A DNA stretch of 61,961 nt, the filler included, from Pseudomonadota bacterium (GTDB lineage Bacteria; Desulfobacterota; Desulfobacteria; Desulfobacterales; JBDRRP01), in assembly GCA_043825735.1 (NCBI GenBank). It is 6 parts of 6 records of this genome, joined end to end, with 100 filler letters (N's around TTAATTAATTAA, not from the genome) between each part and the next. Parts side by side here need not be neighbours in the genome. Positions count along the whole stretch, not along the records: positions 14,972 to 24,121 come from JBDRRP010000143.1; positions 24,222 to 52,316 come from JBDRRP010000144.1; 4 more parts are not named here. The stretch is one strand, 5' to 3'. The notes under the pieces were generated by a model, which had not been told where the DNA came from, did not search any database, and was given only the letters and a program-made list of their open reading frames with translations. This document shows positions 18,671 through 27,234 of this stretch, piece after piece. Numbering within the stretch: the stretch's first letter is position 1; each line of letters opens with the position of its first letter. Both the position numbers and the translations under genes were made by a program.

Positions 18671-19792
18671 ATGAACCGTAAAACCACCATATCATTAGGC
18701 ATCGGCATCGCCCTCTCCCTGCCGGCCCTTTACCTGGCTTTTCGCAACGTGCCTATGGGAGCGCTTCTGGTCTACATGGGCAATATCAATTATCTGTGGA
18801 TCATCCCCGCCGTGATAACCGTAATGCTGGGGTTTATCGCCCGGGTGATGCGCTGGCAGATCATACTGGGAGCATCGCACCGGATCGGGTTCTGGGCGGC
18901 CTACCACCCCTTGATGATCGGCTTTGCGACCAATTGCATACTGCCGGGCCGCATCGGCGAAATCGCACGGCCGATGATTCTTCAGCGTCGAGAAAAGGTG
19001 CCCTTCACGACTGGCCTTGCCACAGTAGCGGCCGAGCGGCTTTTTGATATCGTCATGCTCGTGATTTTTTTTGCCGTGGTGCTCTCCCTGGTGGACATCG
19101 ATCCGGAGATCCGCTACAGCTTCGGCGCCTACACCCTGAATCGAGACACCCTCATCATGATCGGCAGCAGCATGGTGAAACTGAGCCTCGTGCTCATCGC
19201 CGGTGTTGTGATGGTGAGCCTGGCCCGCACCCGAGGACTCATCGTCACCGTAATCCGCGCCCTGCCCCAAACGATGTCCTTCGCCGGTGCGCGATGGACT
19301 GACGCGGTGTCACGACGGGTGGCGGCGCCGCTGGTCAGTGTGGTGGAAAACGTGGCCGCCGGATTCGTCACCGTGAAGCACCCTAAAAATCTGGCGGCCT
19401 GTCTGGGGTTGTCGTTTATGGTATGGGGGCTTGCGGCCGTCAGCTACTATTTTGTCGCCAAGGGCAGCCCGGGCATCGCATTGGGCCTGGGTGAGCTTTC
19501 CGCGATAATGATCATCGTCAGTTTTTTCATCGCCTTGCCCTCGGTTCCCGGGTTCTGGGGCATATGGGAGGCCGGCGGCGTGTTCGCCCTTTCGCTGTTC
19601 GCCGTGCCCGCAAAAGAGGCCGCCGGATACACCCTGGTCAACCACGCGGTACAAATGTTTCCGGTCATTTTCGCCGGTCTGGTATCGGCACTGATCACCG
19701 GGATCAGCATCCGACAGGTGGCGGCATCGGTGGACGCCCCGCCAGCGGCCCCTGGCGTTGCAACGCCGCCCTCCGATGGTTATGGTTGTTGA
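18671..19792 (+). CDS. Lysylphosphatidylglycerol synthase TM / flippase-like membrane protein (UPF0104)
   Basis: Multiple TM segments; RVMRWQ, NCILPGRIGEIAR, AERLFD, LPSVPGFWGIWE. Confidence 0.85.
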   Translation: MNRKTTISLGIGIALSLPALYLAFRNVPMGALLVYMGNINYLWIIPAVITVMLGFIARVMRWQIILGASHRIGFWAAYHPLMIGFATNCILPGRIGEIARPMILQRREKVPFTTGLATVAAERLFDIVMLVIFFAVVLSLVDIDPEIRYSFGAYTLNRDTLIMIGSSMVKLSLVLIAGVVMVSLARTRGLIVTVIRALPQTMSFAGARWTDAVSRRVAAPLVSVVENVAAGFVTVKHPKNLAACLGLSFMVWGLAAVSYYFVAKGSPGIALGLGELSAIMIIVSFFIALPSVPGFWGIWEAGGVFALSLFAVPAKEAAGYTLVNHAVQMFPVIFAGLVSALITGISIRQVAASVDAPPAAPGVATPPSDGYGC

Positions 19793-19969
19793 CTGTGCCG
19801 GGATGGCCGCTGACACCGTTCTCGAAGCATCAGGCATGTCCCAATAGAGCCGTCACTGGCCACAGGAAGAACCGGTACGACGGCAAAACCGGTGCATGAT
19901 TTCGCGGAAATGACTTCGACATGTGAGGAAGGACGCTCCGCAGTTCTTCCGTTTTGCAAGGGTACGATT

Positions 19970-20479
19970 ATGGCAATACTGGAAATCATTACATACCCCG
20001 ATCCCTTTCTCAAAACCAAGACCCGTCCGGTGCCGGTGGTCGATGACGCCATCCGGCAGCTCATCGACGATATGGCCGATACCATGTATTCCGCCCCCGG
20101 AATCGGTCTGGCCGCCACCCAGGTGGGCGTGGATCAACGCCTCCTCATCTACGATATTTCTCCCCCCGAAACCGAAAACGGAATGACGGTGCTCATCAAT
20201 CCGGAGATCGTCGACAAGGGTGGAACTCAGCTCTCCGAAGGTGAAGGGTGCTTGAGTGTGCCGGACTTTCGGGCCGATGTGACGCGCTATGAATGGGTGC
20301 GGGTGACGGCGCTCGATCGCGACGGCAGACCGATCACCATCGAAGACAAAGGACTTCACGCCATTGTTCTTCAACATGAAATCGACCACCTCGATGGCAT
20401 TCTTTTTATCGACCGCATCAGTGCACTGAAACGTGAAATGTACAAACGCCGCGTCAAAAAACAACTGAAAACCGCATGA
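19970..20479 (+). CDS. def: Peptide deformylase
   Basis: GIGLAATQ, EGCLS, QHEIDHLDG. Confidence 0.97.
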   Translation: MAILEIITYPDPFLKTKTRPVPVVDDAIRQLIDDMADTMYSAPGIGLAATQVGVDQRLLIYDISPPETENGMTVLINPEIVDKGGTQLSEGEGCLSVPDFRADVTRYEWVRVTALDRDGRPITIEDKGLHAIVLQHEIDHLDGILFIDRISALKREMYKRRVKKQLKTA

Positions 20480-20483
20480 ACAT

Positions 20484-20630
20484 TAGAAGCTGTTTCAAAA
20501 CATTCAATCAGGTCCAAGGTCAAGGCGGACGAATTGATTCAAACGCAGGAATACAAATGGTATTTCGAGTATTGAATCATTCGTCCAACGCCGAGATTGG
20601 GCCTCAGGGGAGGTTTTGAAATGGCTTCTA
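20484..20630. mobile_element. 147-bp MITE-like element with 18-bp terminal inverted repeats bounded by TA
   Basis: TAGAAGCTGTTTCAAAAC ... GTTTTGAAATGGCTTCTA (16/18 match); internal hairpin ggacgaattgattcaa/ttgaatcattcgtcc; AT-rich relative to flanks. Confidence 0.8.
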
Positions 20631-21565
20631 TCCCCTTGCGCATCGTCTTCATGGGCACGCCGGATTTCGCCGTCCCCGCCCTAACGGCCATTCATGGCCG
20701 CGGACACCATGTGGTGTGCGTGGTGACCCAGCCCGACCGCCCCAAGGGACGCGGCAGGCTCCTGACCCCGCCGCCCGTCAAAAATGCCGCCGCGGTGCTG
20801 GGGCTGCCAGTGATCCAACCGGCAACCATTCGCTCCGCAGAGGCGCTGCACGATATCCGCCGCCTTGCTCCGGATGCCCTGGTGGTAGTGGCCTATGGCC
20901 AGATCATCCCCGCCGCGCTGTTGAAAATCCCGAGACTGGGTCCCATCAATATTCACGCCTCCCTACTGCCAAAGTTCCGGGGCGCGGCGCCCATCCAATG
21001 GGCCATCATCACGGGTGAACGTGAAACCGGCGTCACCACAATGCTGATGGATACCGGGGTGGACACCGGAGATATCCTGCTCTCGGCAGCCACCCCCATT
21101 GCCGACACCGACACGTCCCAGAGCCTCCATGATCGGCTGGCCACAATGGGCGGTGAGCTGATTCTGGATACGCTGGAGGGTTTGGCCCAAGGCGCCATCT
21201 CACCCGTCCCCCAGAATCCTGCGTATGCCACCCTGGCGCCCATGCTCAAAAAAAGCGACGGCGCCATCGACTGGACGGCCCCGGCAGCAACCATCGCCGC
21301 CCGCATCCGCGGACTCACACCGTGGCCGGGGGCGTTCACCACGATCGACGGCAAACGGATCAGCGTGCTTGAAGCGACAGTAGTGCCCATGCCCGAATCC
21401 GCCATGCCGGGCACTGTGCTCAGGCGTTTCCAGAATCAACTGGTCGTGGCAGCCGGCAGTGAAGCCCTGGCCATCACACGCGTTCAGGGGGCTTCCGGAA
21501 AAACGCTGGTCATCGCCGATTATCTTCGCGGCCGCCCGATCTGTCCCGGAACGGTGCTGACATGA
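20621..21565 (+). CDS. fmt: Methionyl-tRNA formyltransferase
   Basis: IVFMGTPDFA, VTQPDRPKGRG, NIHASLLPKFRGAAPIQ, DTGDI; follows def. Confidence 0.96.
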   Translation: MASIPLRIVFMGTPDFAVPALTAIHGRGHHVVCVVTQPDRPKGRGRLLTPPPVKNAAAVLGLPVIQPATIRSAEALHDIRRLAPDALVVVAYGQIIPAALLKIPRLGPINIHASLLPKFRGAAPIQWAIITGERETGVTTMLMDTGVDTGDILLSAATPIADTDTSQSLHDRLATMGGELILDTLEGLAQGAISPVPQNPAYATLAPMLKKSDGAIDWTAPAATIAARIRGLTPWPGAFTTIDGKRISVLEATVVPMPESAMPGTVLRRFQNQLVVAAGSEALAITRVQGASGKTLVIADYLRGRPICPGTVLT

Positions 21566-21617
21566 GCCGGCACCGGATGCCGCCACCGAAGACTACCCCT
21601 TCCAGGCGATCGGGTTC

Positions 21618-22979
21618 ATGAACCCGAACACCGCACGATACCTGGCCCTTCAGCTCCTCATCGCCATGGAGGACCGCCGATTCACGCTCGACCGAATCCT
21701 GGAGGATCGTCAGGCATCCATGGACACTCTCGATCCCAGGGACCGCGCCCTGGTGCAGGCCATTGTTTACGGCGTGCTGAGATGGCGCTCACGGCTGGAC
21801 GCCGTCATTGATGCCTGCCTGTCGTCACCCGGACGTCGTATCGACCCTGTCATCCGCAACATCCTGCGCATGGGCATTTTCCAGTTGAGTGCCCTGGACC
21901 GCATCCCGCCGTCCGCAGCGGTTCATAGCGCGGTGGAACTGGCCCGCGCTTCGGGGAAAAAACAACTGGCAGGATTTGTCAACGCCGTTCTCCGCCAGGC
22001 GCAGCGTCGGGGCGTGGATGAACTGTTGCGTCCGCCCTCCGAGGACCCAGCCGCAGCGCTGGCACTTGAGCACGCCATCCCCAGATGGATGGCTGATCGA
22101 TGGCTGGCGCGCTACGGCAATGAAGAAGCGAGCGCTTTCTGTCGAGGGATAAATACCGTGGCCCCGCTGGTGGGGCGGGTGAATACACTGAAAACGACCC
22201 GGGAGGCCGTAATGGCCGCGCTGACAGCCGACGGCGCTTGCACCGCCCCCACTACCGTCTCTCCCGACGGTCTGGTCATCACCGGGCTCACCGGTCCCAT
22301 CGCCAAAATGCCGGCCGTTGCCCAGGGGCACCTGCGGATCCAGGACGAAGGCGCTCAACTGGTAACCTTTCTACTGGCCCCGAAACCCGGGGAAACCGTG
22401 CTGGACGCCTGTGCCGGACGCGGCGGCAAGACCGGCCACCTGGCACAGCTCATGGAAAACCAGGGCCGACTATTGGCAGTCGACAGTGATGTGCGGCGGC
22501 TATCCGCACTGGCTGCGGACATGCTGCAACTGGGCATTTCCTGTGTCGACACGCTGCGCCTGGATTTAAATCATCCGGTGCCGCCGGGCACAATGAGCGC
22601 GTTCGACCGAATCCTTTTGGATGCCCCCTGCTCGGGAATGGGGGTGATTCGGCGCAATCCGGACACGAAGTGGACACGCCAGCCATCGGACCTGACCCGC
22701 TACGGCGACCGACAGCGGCGATTTTTGAGCCACCTGGCACCGCTTGTCAAACCTTCCGGGGTTCTGGTATACGCGGTATGCAGTCTTGAAGCCGAAGAAA
22801 CCACCGTTGTGGTCACCGATTTCCTGAGTCGACACTCGGCGTTTTCACTTTGCCCCCCACCCTCTTCCTTGGATTTACACTCCCGAGGGCTGGTGGATGC
22901 AGACGGTTGCTTTCGAAGCACCCCGCACCGACACGGCATGGACGGTTTTTTCGCGGCAACTTTCAGACGGAACCCATGA
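21618..22979 (+). CDS. rsmB: 16S rRNA m5C967 methyltransferase
   Basis: NusB-like N-terminus (FVNAVLR), QDEGAQL, LDACAGRGGKT, LLDAPCSGMG, YAVCS; def-fmt-rsmB order. Confidence 0.92.
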   Translation: MNPNTARYLALQLLIAMEDRRFTLDRILEDRQASMDTLDPRDRALVQAIVYGVLRWRSRLDAVIDACLSSPGRRIDPVIRNILRMGIFQLSALDRIPPSAAVHSAVELARASGKKQLAGFVNAVLRQAQRRGVDELLRPPSEDPAAALALEHAIPRWMADRWLARYGNEEASAFCRGINTVAPLVGRVNTLKTTREAVMAALTADGACTAPTTVSPDGLVITGLTGPIAKMPAVAQGHLRIQDEGAQLVTFLLAPKPGETVLDACAGRGGKTGHLAQLMENQGRLLAVDSDVRRLSALAADMLQLGISCVDTLRLDLNHPVPPGTMSAFDRILLDAPCSGMGVIRRNPDTKWTRQPSDLTRYGDRQRRFLSHLAPLVKPSGVLVYAVCSLEAEETTVVVTDFLSRHSAFSLCPPPSSLDLHSRGLVDADGCFRSTPHRHGMDGFFAATFRRNP

Positions 22980-23938
22980 TGCCAAGATTGCTCAAGGTAC
23001 TGGTGGTGGTGCTGCTGTTCGTAACGCTGGCCGGCGGTAGTGCATACTTCACCATCATGTTTATCGTAAAAGGCGAAAAGAGCGTCGTCGTTCCAGACCT
23101 TTCCGGCAAAGATGTGGTTTACGCGCTTCAGTTACTCAGCGATCTCGGGCTCAACACAAAGGTCACCGGTGCGGAGTACCACGACTCGGTGGCGACGCAT
23201 CATATCATTTTTCAAAAACCGTCACCGGGAAGTGAAATCAAAAAAGGGCGCGATGTCCGGCTCATTATCAGCAAAGGCCCTTTGCGCACGGTGGTGCCTC
23301 GGCTGGTGGGCACTCGCCTTGATAATGCCAGGGCCGTTCTGGAAGAAAACGGTCTGTGTTTAGGCCAGCTTTCAAGTTGGCACAACGGCGACACACTGAC
23401 CGGCCAGGTAGCGGCTCAGGAGCCGTCGGCAGGGGCCCCGGTGCTGAGAAAAGACTGTGTGAATCTTCTGGTGAGCCTTGGCCCCCCGCCCGAGGAATTT
23501 GTCATGCCGGCACTCACCGGTCTACCGGTCGAGGAGGCCATTCTTTCTGCCGAGCAGGCCAGTCTTTCCGTCACCGACATATCGCGGGAACGGCGTCCGG
23601 ATCTACCCGATGATAGCGTGCTGGCCCAGTCGCCGCTCTCCGGCTACCGCATGGCGACCGGTGACACCGTACAACTGGTGGTCAACCGGAGACATCCCGG
23701 CAGCCCCACCACGGCCACCGTGATGTCGACGCACTCAGGATTTATCCGGCACCGGTTGGGATCCGGCTTTCTGCGCCAGCATGTCCGTTTGCATGTTGTC
23801 GGTGCTGGCATCGCCTTTGATCTTTTTGATGAATATGTTGCCCCTGGCACCGAGTTGTGGTTTATGGTTCCCGTCACGGGTAACACCGCCGTAACGCTTT
23901 ATGTAGACGGAGAGCCGGTCGAAACACGCGTGCTTTAA
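22976..23938 (+). CDS. Membrane-anchored PASTA-domain protein
   Basis: N-terminal TM, three repeats starting VPDLSG / VPRLVG / MPALTG with Q-x-P-x-x-G motifs. Confidence 0.85.
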   Translation: MMPRLLKVLVVVLLFVTLAGGSAYFTIMFIVKGEKSVVVPDLSGKDVVYALQLLSDLGLNTKVTGAEYHDSVATHHIIFQKPSPGSEIKKGRDVRLIISKGPLRTVVPRLVGTRLDNARAVLEENGLCLGQLSSWHNGDTLTGQVAAQEPSAGAPVLRKDCVNLLVSLGPPPEEFVMPALTGLPVEEAILSAEQASLSVTDISRERRPDLPDDSVLAQSPLSGYRMATGDTVQLVVNRRHPGSPTTATVMSTHSGFIRHRLGSGFLRQHVRLHVVGAGIAFDLFDEYVAPGTELWFMVPVTGNTAVTLYVDGEPVETRVL

Positions 23939-24121
23939 ACTTGGGCCATCTGCACAAAGAGTTGGTGGATGGATAGGGTCCAAGGGGTCGAGGGGTCGAG
24001 TGAAAAGCAACTAAGAAAACAGCCAATTACGTCTGCGGACCGAAAGACTTAGGGGCGCCTGCAGTGTATCTGCGTTTTGATCTCACCGCTAATATGCCGC
24101 TCGGATCTGCTGCCGGCCGAA

Positions 24122-24221
24122 NNNNNNNNNNNNNNNNNNNNNNNNNNNNNNNNNNNNNNNNNNNNTTAATTAATTAANNNNNNNNNNNNNNNNNNNNNNN
24201 NNNNNNNNNNNNNNNNNNNNN
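24122..24221. other. Artificial contig linker
   Basis: N-run with TTAATTAATTAA. Confidence 0.97.
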
Positions 24222-24809
24222 CTTTTCAATAGCATCCGAGATGCCATATTGGTGGCCGATACCAACAGAACGATCATCGACTGCAATCCAGCTTTATTAG
24301 ATCTTTTCGGTTATTCGAAAAAGGAGGTGCTGGGCAAGCAGACTCTATCCATTTATAAAAACGAAGAAGAGTTCAGACAGGTGGGAGCCGCGATCAAAGA
24401 CCATATTGGCGATCCCGGATTTTTATACACCGTTAATTACCAAAAAAAGGACGGCTCGGTTTTCCCTGGAGAAACCAATGTGTTTTATTTGTTGGATGAT
24501 GAGGGCGCTATAGCCGGATTCATCGGCCTTATTCGTAATATCAACGAGCGCAAGTTAGCGCAGGCACAGCGGGATAAGTTAATTGCGGACCTTCAAAAGA
24601 CACTATCCGAGGTTAAAACGTTACGGGGTTTTCTTCCCATTTGCTCGCACTGCAAGAAAATCCGTGATGACATGGGCTATTGGAATCAGATTGAAGCCTA
24701 TATCGTAGAACATTCTGATGCGGAGTTCAGCCACAGTATTTGCCAGGAATGCGCTAAAAAATATTACCCCGGGATGGATATTTATGGCAGTGAACAAACC
24801 CAAGAATGA
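24222..24809 (+). CDS. PAS-domain sensory protein, C-terminal part
   Basis: PAS/PAC (NPALLDLFGY, KKDGSVFP, RNINERK) and Cys-rich tail LPICSHCKKIRDD...HSICQEC. Confidence 0.8.
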   Translation, partial: LFNSIRDAILVADTNRTIIDCNPALLDLFGYSKKEVLGKQTLSIYKNEEEFRQVGAAIKDHIGDPGFLYTVNYQKKDGSVFPGETNVFYLLDDEGAIAGFIGLIRNINERKLAQAQRDKLIADLQKTLSEVKTLRGFLPICSHCKKIRDDMGYWNQIEAYIVEHSDAEFSHSICQECAKKYYPGMDIYGSEQTQE

Positions 24810-25123
24810 TTATCCTATGCGCCAACCTTCACTGGCCATGGAAAGATCCACCATACCAACCCAATCCTTGAAAGTTCAATACAGCTTGTTTCGACAACCA
24901 TTCCTGGGAAATAATCCTTCCAAATATGGCAGGATATTACGAGGACTCCGCCTATGAAAATAAAGTATTCCGAATGTTGATCAGATCAAGGAATACCATT
25001 ACCATTCCTCGGTGTTTGTATATGTTTCCGGCAAGGCCATTTCCTCAGTGATATATCGGATTCCGAGATACCCCAACCCATAAGTTCACTTGAGCAGACT
25101 ATTCCGATTTCCTATTAGAATTG

Positions 25124-25209
25124 ATGGATCCGTAAAAAGTCGGATTTTTCCTTTTTTCGTCATCCCGGACGAGTGAAATGAGATCCGGGATCCAGTGACT
25201 TTACGCCAG
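25124..25209. repeat. REP/MITE-like remnant
   Basis: gatggatccgtaaaaagtc end (inverted match tttttacggattcatc near 38665-38680) and gtcatcccggac...gatccgggatccag hairpin. Confidence 0.45.
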
Positions 25210-25261
25210 ACTTCATTCCGTAAGAGTCAATTTGGCGTACTTGTTACGAAATTGTATCGGT

Positions 25262-25300
25262 AAAAAACAAAACGGATTCAGGCGCAAGTCCTGAATCCGT
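25262..25300 (-). terminator. Intrinsic terminator after tRNA-Lys
   Basis: 11-bp perfect stem acggattcagg/cctgaatccgt followed by T-rich tract on minus strand. Confidence 0.8.
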
Positions 25301-25310
25301 GGAATTTTCG

Positions 25311-25387
25311 TGGTGGGCCGTGTTGGAATCGAACCAACAACCTCCTGATTAAGAGTCAGCTGCTCTGCCTAGTTGAGCTAACGGCCC
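25311..25387 (-). tRNA. tRNA-Lys(CTT)
   Basis: Reverse complement GGGCCGTTAGCTCAACTAGGCAGAGCAGCTGACTCTTAATCAGGAGGTTGTTGGTTCGATTCCAACACGGCCCACCA. Confidence 0.97.
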
Positions 25388-25476
25388 CCATTGGGTACTG
25401 CAAATGTGTCGAGGCTCCTAACAGGTTTAAAACACCTTGTCAAACCAAAATTCGGCATGGAAACCATCGGCAAATA

Positions 25477-26199
25477 CTACTGGCGCCACGGCGGCGCGCG
25501 GCGACGGCGCTTATTTTTTCGCCCTTCTTTTTTCCGGTCGGCCCCGGTGCCGCCAGGCAGGAGCATGTCGGCGTCCACGGTGAAACTGCCCGGCGTCGGC
25601 GCTGTTTCGGCGGGCGGTGGTTTGCGATCGAGCGCGGCGGGAGGGGCCTTGGGCGGGGGCGGGGCGCTGAAGCACCCTAACGGTATTTCGGTGGCGGTGA
25701 ACATGCCGTCGCCGGCGGTCCAGAAGCTGACCCCCAGCGCCTCAGCCTGCGCCGTGTTGACCACCAGGGGTACCGGTGAGCGGTCCAGGCGTTTTCCGAT
25801 GCGTTCGGCCAGCGCCCGGTCCCGGCACAGGACGATCGGCGCGTCATCGGTGCCGCTGAGGCCCTTCATCGCCGCGTGAAAATGGGCCTTTCGGCGGATA
25901 AAGGTAAACACGGTTTTCGGCAGGGCAGAGGCCGGTTCCGGGGTGGGCAGGTGCTCCCGGCTGCGGGCACGGATCCGCTGCGCGTCCATCTCGAAGCCGG
26001 CATCCTGGAGCGTCAGCAACGCCTCGTTGAGGTGGCCGATCCGGACATGCCGCCAGCCGGGCTCTTCGTTGAGAACCTTGAGCAGGGTCTTGATGGTGAC
26101 ATAGCCGTCAAAATCCAGCACGACGCCGAATGCTTCAGGGTGCCTCCCCAGGATGTAGGCGACGAATTGGGAAAGCTGTTTGGGGGTTGTGCCGCTCAT
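25477..26199 (-). CDS. RNA 2'-phosphotransferase (KptA/Tpt1)-like protein, divergent
   Basis: LSQFVAYILGRHPEAFGVVLDFDGYV and RIRA N-lobe motifs; C-lobe motifs degenerate. Confidence 0.7.
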   Translation of the reverse strand: MSGTTPKQLSQFVAYILGRHPEAFGVVLDFDGYVTIKTLLKVLNEEPGWRHVRIGHLNEALLTLQDAGFEMDAQRIRARSREHLPTPEPASALPKTVFTFIRRKAHFHAAMKGLSGTDDAPIVLCRDRALAERIGKRLDRSPVPLVVNTAQAEALGVSFWTAGDGMFTATEIPLGCFSAPPPPKAPPAALDRKPPPAETAPTPGSFTVDADMLLPGGTGADRKKEGRKNKRRRRAPPWRQ

Positions 26200-26615
26200 G
26201 GCAAATTCGACGCCTCGGGCAACTCGGGTCTGACTTTCAACACCGTTTCCTTGCGAATGTGTACCGTACCGGGCTTGGCGCCGCGGGGTTTGGTGACATA
26301 GCGTGCTCGGGTACAGGCCACCGGCGTAACCCCACCGTTTCGGGCCTTGCTGTAGTAGGCGGCGATGGCCGCAGCCGCCGTCAGTACGGCCCGGCCCGGC
26401 TCCAGACCGCTGCGGGCGCGAAGCAGCACGTGGCTGCCGGGCATCCCCCGCACGTGAAACCAGTAATCGTCAGGGCGGGCCAGCTTGATGCTGAGATAGT
26501 CGTTGTCCGCGTCGGTCCGACCGACCCAGACCTCCCATCCGTCGCCGATGGGGTAGGTGCGGATGCCAAGCCCGGGGGCGTCGCTGTCAGCAGAGTCGTT
26601 CGTGGACGGGCGCAT
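26196..26615 (-). CDS. NFACT RNA-binding domain protein (DUF814)
   Basis: VGRTDADND, WFHVRGMPGSHV, AAYYSKAR, KPRGAKPGTV. Confidence 0.88.
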   Translation of the reverse strand: MRPSTNDSADSDAPGLGIRTYPIGDGWEVWVGRTDADNDYLSIKLARPDDYWFHVRGMPGSHVLLRARSGLEPGRAVLTAAAAIAAYYSKARNGGVTPVACTRARYVTKPRGAKPGTVHIRKETVLKVRPELPEASNLP

Positions 26616-26625
26616 AAGGACGCTT

Positions 26626-27021
26626 TCAGGGAAACCGCTGGATGTGAATTTCAGTGTTGCGGGACCAGTCTGAGAATTTTTGCTGGAGCCATCGCTTGAA
26701 TGCGCTTCGGGAGGCCGGTATGAGCAGCAGGATGCCGAAAAGATCGGTGATGAATCCGGGGGTCAGCAGTACCACGCCGGCCAGAAAAATGATCATCGCA
26801 TCGATAAGATCATCGGCGGGCATTTCCCCGGCGTTGAGTCGGGCGCGGACCCTGAGCATGGTCTGAAGTCCCTGTGTCCGTGCCAGATGCGCTCCGGCGA
26901 TGGCCGTCACGATGACGATGGCGATGGTATTCAGGGCCCCTATCGCGGTGCCCACCTTGATCATGACATAGAGCTCCAGCACGGGAATCAAGGTAAACGC
27001 GACAAACAGCTTTAAAAACAT
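26626..27021 (-). CDS. fxsA: FxsA family membrane protein
   Basis: IPVLELY, LLTPGFITDLFG. Confidence 0.88.
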   Translation of the reverse strand: MFLKLFVAFTLIPVLELYVMIKVGTAIGALNTIAIVIVTAIAGAHLARTQGLQTMLRVRARLNAGEMPADDLIDAMIIFLAGVVLLTPGFITDLFGILLLIPASRSAFKRWLQQKFSDWSRNTEIHIQRFP

Positions 27022-27234
27022 GGCATCCTCCGGCACATTATGGTCGATGGGTTCCAAATATGATGGCAGCGGCAAGGCCTGTCAAGGCCGCAGCGCATTG
27101 TTGACACCGGTGAGGGCGTATCCTATTTTTACAGCACACACGGCGTCGTTGCGCACCATTGACCGGGCTGGGTTGTAACCCCGCACCCCCTGACGGCTCT
27201 CAACCGTGGTAACCACAGACAAGGAGATTACCCG

